From Syntrophomonadaceae bacterium (lineage in GTDB: Bacteria; Bacillota; Syntrophomonadia; Syntrophomonadales; Syntrophomonadaceae): DNA of 64,000 nt. Shown here piece after piece: positions 9,800 through 18,700 of this stretch; within the stretch, counting starts at the first letter, position 1; every line of letters starts with the position of its first letter. The translations under genes were made by a program, and so were the position numbers. The notes beneath the pieces were generated by a model. The model saw only the letters and a program-made list of their open reading frames with translations, made no database searches and was not told the origin of the DNA. Where the stretch lies: NCBI GenBank assembly GCA_031553935.1, contig JAVBKS010000034.1:5034-69033 (forward strand), given 5' to 3'.

Positions 9800-9878
9800 G
9801 TTTCAAATTTTTGGATATAGGATTATCATTGCACGATAAAACACTTTTATGTTTACGGGATACCTGTATTCCCATTCT
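9800..9878. repeat. Second copy of the ~78-bp repeat module, here non-coding
   Basis: CAAATTTTTGGATATAGGATTATCATTGCAC ... CACTTTTATGTTTACGGGATACCTGTATTCCCATTC aligns to 7015..7090. Confidence 0.7.
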
Positions 9879-9938
9879 AAGTTTCATACGCAGAAAAATA
9901 CCTCATGCAGAGAATCTTCACTTGCTAGAGTTCGTAAG

Positions 9939-10264
9939 TTACCATAGCTTGCCTTGAATGAATTCATATTCTGTTTTTAGCTCATATGCTCTTCGTTTAT
10001 ATCTTTCATATTCAAATTCTGCTGCATCAATCCCCCCCAAAGTCCCCCCTTCATATTCAGCAATAATGAGCTGCATATCTAAATTTGCATCTTCAAATGC
10101 AAATTCTTCCCATTTCATTTGGGACTTGATAAGGCCTATTTTTCCTTCTTCCATTTGATTAGCGGGCTAATTCTTTTCAAGGTATAATTCTGAGAGAGGT
10201 ATAAAAACCCGATCACGAACAAAAATATTATGCTTATTATCACTATGATGGTTTTCTTGTTCAT
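9939..10264 (-). pseudogene. Frameshifted gene for a small membrane-anchored protein (42-aa TM-anchor ORF plus 71-aa ORF in the next frame)
   Basis: The ATG at 10264 has an AGGAG RBS and encodes MNKKTIIVIISIIFLFVIGFLYLSQNYTLKRISPLIKWKKEK-stop (stop at 10136..10138). The 71-aa track ORF starts at 10154 in a different frame, and that frame is closed by a stop only 4 codons upstream of its ATG. Confidence 0.45.
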
Positions 10265-10404
10265 TCTATTCTTCTCCTACTCAAAAAAATCATCTATAGA
10301 ATATCTAGCTAAGTCTCGCATGTAAGTAGTTGGCTCGGTTCAATATTCATTTGGCACAACCAGACGTGTCAATGGGACGAAGATGGCGGAGGAATGACGC
10401 CCAT

Positions 10405-11016
10405 TTATGGTCGATAATCGATTATTGCATACAAGTAATCAGTCCCATCTATTTGGACAAATACAGCTACTAACCCGTAAATAAATAACGCAGTATTATC
10501 TTGAATGTTATCGACGTCTGCACAAACAAGAATAAATCCATTCTTTCTTTTAATTATCGTAGGTTTATTATCTATAGAAACCCCTTGTCCAAGGATTTGA
10601 GCAATTTCTTCCGCATAAGCTGAAACTGAATCAATATTCATTGATATATATCCATCCAATTCGGTTGCATATATTTCTTTTTCACAGATCTCAAGGTTGT
10701 TAAGTGTTAGTGTCAAATCGATCTCTGCCTCTCCAAATACAGGAAAACGCAAATTTTCTGGAATATTTTCCTTTTCTAACTCTATTGCATAATTCTTACC
10801 CCTGACTCCGAAGCTCGAGCTGAAATATCTCATAATGTTTAATTCATCTTTCACCAAAGCCCGAAATGACTTTGCATCTCTATCTTCAATCGATTTCAAA
10901 AGAATAATACTCTTCTTTTCAGACTCCGAATGGTTTCCAATTACATAGATGGTAAAGCACGATATAGTAAATAAACCTATAAACAGAATAATAATAGCAA
11001 TCCATCTTCTTTTCAC
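10405..11016 (-). CDS. Hypothetical N-terminally membrane-anchored protein
   Basis: 203-aa ORF with a GTG start, an AGAGGTG RBS, and the anchor RRWIAIIILFIGLFTISCFTIYVIG. Confidence 0.55.
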   Translation of the reverse strand: MKRRWIAIIILFIGLFTISCFTIYVIGNHSESEKKSIILLKSIEDRDAKSFRALVKDELNIMRYFSSSFGVRGKNYAIELEKENIPENLRFPVFGEAEIDLTLTLNNLEICEKEIYATELDGYISMNIDSVSAYAEEIAQILGQGVSIDNKPTIIKRKNGFILVCADVDNIQDNTALFIYGLVAVFVQIDGTDYLYAIIDYRP

Positions 11017-11169
11017 TTAACACCTCTATTTCCAACATTACGCTTCATTCTGAATCATTCAATCTCAAAGGATCTTGTCGCGGGGACGGTAGACCAATGT
11101 CAGAAAGCTTAACATCCAGAATTGTCAGGGGACGTTTCTATTAACAATTTGCGGCAATTGCAGCAAATT

Positions 11170-11213
11170 AATAAGACTTTATTTTGCCAATCGCAGCATC
11201 ATAAAGTCTTATT
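11170..11213 (-). terminator. 13-bp perfect stem-loop downstream of the 463-aa SLH gene
   Basis: AATAAGACTTTAT (11170..11182) pairs with ATAAAGTCTTATT (11201..11213) around an 18-nt loop. It lies about 60 nt after the stop at 11276. The U-tract is weak. Confidence 0.4.
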
Positions 11214-11275
11214 ATTTATTGGCATTATATTCTTTTATTAGAAGCACCTATGCCCTTAGCGTGTTGCTTCCGCTC

Positions 11276-12667
11276 TTAAAGCTTAAATAGTAACTTTAAT
11301 GTAACCGCAGCTTCGGCGCGATTGGCGTTTTGGGTGCCGTTAATAAAGAAGCCTTGTTCATTTGCTTTGACCAAGTGCCCTTGTTCCAGCAGTCCGCGAT
11401 GTTGAGCATATGCTATATATGGTCTAGCCCAAGTGCTTATGCGGGTTTCTTTGGCAAAAGCAGCGATCAAATTCTGCTCGGCATTTAGGGCTTGTTGCTC
11501 TTCTCCGCTAGCTCTGACCACCATGGCTACCATCTCTTCTACTGTAAGCGGAGTATGCGGCTTAAAGGTTCCATCTTGATAACCATATACAATTCCCTTG
11601 CTAACTGCCCAATTAACATGCTGTTCATACCATGATCCGGCTTCAATATCAGAAAAGGTGCTCGCAGAGTTACTTACTTGACTGTCCTTTGCCATTTCTC
11701 TGCCCAGCATTGTCACAAACATTGCCCGGGTTAGATTCTGCTGTGGGGCAAATTCTCCTTCAGCAATTCCACTGATAATCCCTTTTGCCCCTAGCGCCTT
11801 AATTGCATCCTGCGCCCATTCGAAACCGGCTAGATCATTAAACTGCACTGCTTTCTCCCCGGCATTCCAGAGTGCAACTTCACTATTGCTATGCCCTGCA
11901 CCTACTGCAATTGCTTTAACCTTAAGCCCTGCTTTTATGGGAAGGGGGACATTTAATTGGGGCTGGTAATAACTGGCGCTTACATTATAGATTTTGCTGT
12001 TAATCGTGGGCTCTGATTCATCTGTTGTGTAATAGATCTTTACTAGGTCATAATTCTTATGGCCGAGTTCCAGTACTTCTTGCTTCTGTTCATTTAAGCC
12101 GGTTGTAAAAGTCACCGCTTCCCAGGAGGTTATTTTTTCGGTGGTAACTTCTATGTCAGCTAAGTATTTAACCATCCAGGGGCTGGTCTGTTCGCCTTTG
12201 ACCCTCTGCCCAAGGATTAGCATTAATTCTTTATCTGCTAAATCATTAAAGCTTTTGGCACTTCCTTTAAGTTGAATAAGGGCCGGAACGCGAGCCTGAG
12301 AGCTGCCGTTAAAACTATAGCGCGGATCGTTCAACAGTTCTTGACATGTAAATGTTCGGCTATAGCCATCAGATGCCGTAACTTTTATCAAGGTCGCCTC
12401 CGGCTTGTATCCAGCAAGCTTGAGAACGTTTTCCAAGGGTATACCCTCTGCATATTCAGTTTTGTCAGAGGGAAAATTGTTAGTGTGGGTATAGACATGC
12501 CGTTCTTTGCCGGCTGTGGCTTCAAGTGTCGCTCTATCTAATGTCAATACTTTTTCCACGCCATTGCCGTGAATCTTGACACTTTCGCTAGCCTCTGCAG
12601 TATTTGCTTGAAAAAAAAGCAATAATGTAAAAACCCATGCTGTTAAGGTAATTTTCTTGATGATCAA
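11276..12667 (-). CDS. SLH-domain cell-surface protein with one sulfite-oxidase-fold (molybdopterin-binding-like) module and a chitobiase/Fn3-like domain
   Basis: 463 aa. TTG start with an AAAGGAG RBS, and the signal peptide MIIKKITLTAWVFTLLLFFQANTAEA. The module RHVYTHTNNFPSDKTEYAEGIPLENVLKLAGYKPEATLIKVTASDGYSRTF ... LMLILGQRVKGEQTSPWMVKYLADIEV is followed by YYTTDESEPTINSKIYN. Three C-terminal SLH repeats are present (FNDLAGFEWAQDAIKAL..., FSDIEAGSWYEQHVNWAV...). Confidence 0.8.
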   Translation of the reverse strand: MIIKKITLTAWVFTLLLFFQANTAEASESVKIHGNGVEKVLTLDRATLEATAGKERHVYTHTNNFPSDKTEYAEGIPLENVLKLAGYKPEATLIKVTASDGYSRTFTCQELLNDPRYSFNGSSQARVPALIQLKGSAKSFNDLADKELMLILGQRVKGEQTSPWMVKYLADIEVTTEKITSWEAVTFTTGLNEQKQEVLELGHKNYDLVKIYYTTDESEPTINSKIYNVSASYYQPQLNVPLPIKAGLKVKAIAVGAGHSNSEVALWNAGEKAVQFNDLAGFEWAQDAIKALGAKGIISGIAEGEFAPQQNLTRAMFVTMLGREMAKDSQVSNSASTFSDIEAGSWYEQHVNWAVSKGIVYGYQDGTFKPHTPLTVEEMVAMVVRASGEEQQALNAEQNLIAAFAKETRISTWARPYIAYAQHRGLLEQGHLVKANEQGFFINGTQNANRAEAAVTLKLLFKL

Positions 12668-12722
12668 AAAATTGCTCCTTTCTGATTTTCAACTTACCAG
12701 ATGATTGATGCTGCTCATCTAG

Positions 12723-12762
12723 CGTGTCGCAGGGTGTCAATTCTTCCGTCCCCTGCGACACG
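12723..12762 (-). promoter_or_regulatory. 12-bp perfect GC-rich stem-loop between the giant SLH gene and the 463-aa SLH gene (no U-tract)
   Basis: CGTGTCGCAGGG (12723..12734) pairs with CCCTGCGACACG (12751..12762) around a 16-nt loop. It lies in the 111-nt intercistronic gap. Confidence 0.6.
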
Positions 12763-12778
12763 TACCATCTAAACTTTC

Positions 12779-15700
12779 TTATCTTTGCATAAATATTTCC
12801 AGAATCTTTTTGATGATAGTTGAGGCTTCAGCCCGGCTGGCATGATCCTGGGGCTTGAAATTACCATCCATATCACCATTAAGGATTTCTAGGGCATGCA
12901 TCTCATTAACAGCGTTTAAGGCCCATGCACTGATCTGATCTTGATCTGCAAATGCTTCTGCCTCTTCATCTTGACTCAATCCCAGATTGAGTTCAGTGAT
13001 AAATTTGTAGGTTATTAAAGCCATTTGTTCACGGGTGATTTCTGTATCCGGCTTAAATAATCCGTCTTCAAATCCATTTACGATCTTTTGTTCGGCTGCC
13101 CAGAGGACATATTTTCCATACCATGCAGCAGGATCAATGTCTTCGAAACTGGTTTCCGGGTTGAATTCTAGTCTCAAGCCTTCGATAGTTGCAGCAAGCA
13201 TTTTTATAAATTCAGCTCGGGTAACATTGGCATTAGGATCGAATGCATTCTCAGCCTTGCCGCTGACAACAGCTCTGGCTGCCAGGAACTCCACATTCTT
13301 GCTAGCCCAATGATCTACAGAGTCACCAAAGGTCTGATCATTATAGCCGACTGCAAAAACGCTGAGATGATTAATAAAGCCTATTACCGCTTTGTCATCA
13401 GCATTATAGCCAGACATCGGTATAGCTACTCTATTTCCATTAGCATCAACATGATAGGCAAGTATTTTATCTTCTTTTTCTTCTTCACTCGGAGTATAAG
13501 GTATTGCAAATTTCAAAAAGCTCTGCAGTGAAGTTAGCTCCGTGCCATCAACGGCAAAACTAATATCAATCGCCGGATGCCCTGGATTCGATTCTTCTTG
13601 GCCGTTATCAATGTTAGCTACGGCAATTGTTGCAGTATTACCACTTTTCATTGCTGCTAATAAGCCCGCTAAGACCTCGGTAACAACAGTCAAATCGCCG
13701 TGATTAGTCCTAATGGATAGACCGGCTTGCCCTTGATCTACCAAGCGTTTGAGCACCTCATAGGGCAATTCTACAACTGACTTGTTTATTGTCTCGCCAG
13801 TACTACAGTTTACGATAATGTTCTTGCTGCCGGTGTCATCTGCCAGAACTTTCAGCGCTTTTTCCATGTCTTCAACCGTGATTGCCATGCTGGCTACACC
13901 ATTTTCTACCTTGACTTGGCTTTCCAGGGCTAAAGGAGTCTTTTCTTCTTCCTGTTTCGTATTGCTGCTGCCTGAGGATCCAGGTCCAGGAGTTCCTTCT
14001 CCGTTATTACCTGTGCTGGTACTGATTTCAATATCGCTTACATCACTTACCCAGTCGTCTCTATTGACATCATCGGTACTTTGCTGGGCAACAACTAGTT
14101 GTAAACCAGAGAGTGTATTACCACTTTGTTTCCAAGCTAAGAGCATTGGACCGCCATTAATGAAATTCATGGTTGGCTCACCACTGCTATCGATATTGTA
14201 TACTCGGTAATAGCCATCTGCACTTGAGATTTTGACGCTTTTTCCTCCTGATAATAAGCCGGAATTATTTAATACCGTTGATAGTTTAATTCCAGTAAAA
14301 CTCTCAGTTCCTTTAGAGCCATAATTATTAAGCCACGGATAAGATGCAGTTGTTGATCCCAGGTTTTTCAAATCATTGAGCGAATAATCTTTGTTTGACC
14401 CGTTTCTAGTTACAGTGAGAATGGCATCATTTTCGCCACCGCCTGTTCCGCCTCCGATGTTGAAAGTATTATATGCTAGTCCAGCATCAGAGCCGACATA
14501 TAAAGTGTTGCCGACGAAACCTAGATAATAGATATTATCCATGCCAACAATGTCAGGCCAAGCTTGGTTACCTGAACTATATACATTTTCTATTTCGTTT
14601 AGTTTTTTGCAATAGATAACTCCTGATCCGGAAGTCCCAAACCACAGACCATCGGCTTTATCTACTGCTACCATGCGGATTTCGTGATTACCAGCCAGAT
14701 TTTCCCCAAGTAATTCTTTGCCGGTGTAACTCACGACTGTGCGGTTCGAGCCGCTGCCGCTTACATGGTCTACTCTTCCGCCAACATTGGCTAAGGTTGG
14801 ATATGAACCTGAACGAACTATCCAAGCGCCGCCCTTACTGTCTACCGCAATTCCGCGTACCCAGGCATCAGCCAATAATGATGACTGCAATGTGCTGTCA
14901 TACTGACCTTCATAGGTTTTAGCAAAATCAATCACTCCGGCAGAATTCATATGAGCGTATCCGCCTTTGAAGAGATCATTTTCTGTACCGGTTCCATCAG
15001 GATAACAGCCTATCCATAAGCCTCCCGATTTCTCGAAAGTTATGGTATTGACAGATGCTGCCGGTAAACCATCGGCTTTGGTCCAGGTCCGCCAGGTATT
15101 AGCGGTGGGGTCGTACTTGGTAATTCCGCCAAAGGAACCGAACCAAACATCACCCTTACTGTCAATCTCGATGGCTTGGACATAATCACTGGGGATAGTC
15201 GCCGGATTATCTGCGGCCCGATACCAGGTTATACTGCCATTTTTCAGGTAGCCTATTCCTCTGTTATTCTGAGGTTCACTGTAGCTGGCATTCTGGCTGA
15301 ACCAAACCCCGCCGTCCTTGTCAACAGCCAGAGCGGAGACAAAATCATTTTCCAGCTTTGGTGTACCCTCAGTATTATAAAATGTAAAGCTGGTGTCCGA
15401 AGCAGATTTATAGGCCATGCCAGTGCCATAAGTGCCAATCCAAATTCCATTTTGACTGTCCACTTTAATGCTTCTGATTTTGGCATAGGGAAGATTAATA
15501 CTTGAAACGAAAGAATTAAACGTGTATTTAATCGGCATGGTTACCGATATTCCCTTAATACTAGTCAAACGGTTCTGCCAGTTCTCACCATCATTGAAGT
15601 TGCGATAAATTCTTACAGTTGCTTTAACCCCGTTTTTATCCGCATCTTCGATTTTAGCCAATTCCTCTAGGCTAGGTCCGGCATCATAAGCTAAAAAGTA

Positions 15701-18700
15701 TTTCTTAGCTATGGCATCCTTTAATAATATGTCGCGGTAACTCTCTTGCTTAGTTTCATAGCCGTCGGTAGTATTAATAGTGATTTTGGCATCGGGGTCA
15801 GTTACCCCGGCATCCGCTAATATATCCTGCAGATAAGCACCCTTGACATAATCAGTTTTCTTCTCTCCGGCTTGAGTATAAGAATAATTAGCAGTGGCTT
15901 TGCCTTTATCATTAGGCAGTTGCATGATTCCACCGGCACCGCCAATCCTATAATTCTTGACTCCTGCACTTAAACCGAAAATGCTGAAGTCATTAGTATC
16001 AACCGGTATCACAACTTCCGAATCTCCTACTACGATTTTCTCAAGCCATTTTACGCACCAGCCGGTATTATCATGGACAACTAGGCGCAATGGCCCGAAT
16101 GCATTGCCGTAGTTAGAATCGTAACCGGGGGATTGTTCGTTCTCGACCAAGGGCAGGCCCTGAGTGGCATTGAGACCCTGACCATAAGCAATTATGATGG
16201 GCTTCCCATTAACTCCATTCTTGAGTTGGGCGCCGTCAAATTGGGCTGAAAAACCACCCGAATACGCGGTAACAACCGCAGTATCCAAACCATCTTTAAA
16301 ACCTATCCCCTGCAGGTATTTATATAGATCTATACCTTGCATAAAGAATTCGCCGCCCATTTTGTAGGTGTCGGCAACTTTAATATTGTCTAATGCTTCT
16401 AATGCAGCTACTGTAACCTTCTGCGGGGTTGCAATTTTATTGCCGTTTATCTCCAGCTCGTGACTGGCATAGGGCGCGAAGTTTCCAGACTTGTGGGTCC
16501 AGTCATTAATGGCACCGGCTATAAGCTCGATCTCGGTTACTGATGTAATGCACTGGCTTGCAGTGCCATTATTAATTATCAGCCGCAGTGGACCGCCGCT
16601 ATTATTGTATCCGGCGTCAAAGCCCGGTGATTGCTGTTCCGGCACCAATGGCTTCCCATCAAGAATTCCGCCGCTGCCAGCAATACCATAAGCCAAGATG
16701 ATTTTTTTGTTGCTGTCTGTCAAGTCGGCAATACTTAATTCGATACTATCTTGGCCATTTTTAACTATGATAGCGTTCAGCAAGGCACTGCTGCCTATCG
16801 AGCTGTCGTTTAGCAAGCGGAATAGTTCCAAGCCTCTATAAGTAACCGCTTTGTCTCCAATGGTATACTCTCTCGTGGATAAATACTTTTGCTTCTTTTC
16901 TAAGTCGCTGATTTTAATATCACCAGGTTTAGCCAAAGCCCCTGAGAACTTAACTTCCATATCGCCATAACCAGAATAGGTTTCACCGGTATGGGCATAA
17001 GCATCAGCTTCCATATTAACTACTATCTTGGTTAGGTTCTCGACTATGGTTTTGTTGTCATTGATGGTATCTACAATTCCGCCATTCTTTTCTTGTTCAG
17101 TCTGGCCACGAACGAATAGCAAAGGCCCGCCGGTATTCTTAATAACTTTTCCGGTCACAGTATCGCTATCTACATATCCCGTACCTTTTCCGTTTACTAA
17201 GGGATAGCCATTTTTGGCAAAGGCAATCATCATGCCAAGTTTATCCGTGCCGTTAATACTGTTGAAACCCTCAGCTCCAAGTTGATTCAATTGATAAGAT
17301 GCCTTCAGGGTGTCACCGCCGTATAGATCAACACTTCCCAGACTTCCAGGTAAACCTATATATTCGGTCAGTAAATAATTCAGGTTAACTCCTTCGAATA
17401 GATCCTGTATTTGATCGCCATTACCTGCTTTCTTGTAGTAATAGTAACCCTTTTCCTGGCGTCCTTCCGTATCCCTAATCTTTTTGGTTATTCCTGTTCC
17501 ATAGAGGATGTTTTCTAATTGCGATAGGGTTAGCTCATGACTTTCTTGGGTGCCATTTATTTCTATAGTTAAGGCTGGGTTGTCTTTCATTGCAGCATAA
17601 TCGGGATTCTGGGCATGGGTTGAGTAACGAATTTCGTCGCCCACATATATTTCTTGGGCCCGCTGCAGCTGATTAGAACCGTTATTGTAGAAATAGGCAT
17701 AGTTATCTGGAGCATTACTGTCAATGCGATTCATATTATCGGCTTTGCCAAAAATAACCCTAACCGGTCCGCCGTCATTGCCCAGTCCGCTGCGAAAGCC
17801 CTCTAGAGTGCTGCTGCGCACATAAGGATAACCGTTTACACCATATGCCAGTAAAACCGGATAACCTTTTTTAACCGGATAGTTATTAGAGTCCTTGCTC
17901 CAATTGCCTTCACGGTTGTCGGGCTGATAAGCTGCAGTTGCCAGCTGTTCTTTTGTAGGTCTGGCGGTTCCGATATCTAAGGGTGACTTCTCATAAAACA
18001 TGAATAAATCTGGATTAGCTAGCTGTTGCAATGAGAATTTCGCTGTGGTCAGATAATTATCCCAAGCCGTAAATGATACCAGATTAGTATTATCATTTTT
18101 ATATTGTTCAGCATCCAGACCTAATTTCTGGGTAAGCAATTCCCAGAGCTTAATGCCTTCGTATTCATTTACATACCAATAAGTAGTGTTGGAAAGACCA
18201 TATTCATCTCGGTATCCCAAACCATCTGCTTTCGGTCTCTTATTATCGTCGTATTCGACCATGGCTTCGAGTTCAGCTATGGTATAGTTAACCTCTCTTC
18301 CCAGTAGGGCTCCGGTAAAAGTTAATAAGTATTCGGTATTGGTCTTATTGCTATAGGCCGGATCAAGTGCCTGAGAATGCTTGTAACCAGGTGTGCCCCC
18401 ACTGGGTTCAACATAAATATAGGCTACACTGAGGAATTTTTTCGACTTACTTATATTCTGAAACTCGTTTAAATCATAGACCAATTTCAAACAGCCGTCA
18501 TCATTGCCGAGTTCGGGCTTAGTTCCGAGTGCTCCATCATAAACGAATGGGGCTACACTAGTACCATCCAAGGTTCCGGTACCATAGGCTAAAATCAGCG
18601 GTTTCTTGGCAGTTATTACATCATTATATGGAATTCGGGCTACCTCCTGGCGCCAGCGGTTCTTGAAAACTAAAACTACATCTTCGTCTACTTTGGCAAC

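Noticed and set aside
5780-11150. The TTGACA hexamer inside the GTCCCC-TTGACAC motif as a shared sigma-A promoter for the island genes
   Set aside because: No acceptable -10 hexamer occurs at 16-18 nt spacing in most copies. Only the copy near 5778 has a TATAGA at 18 nt.
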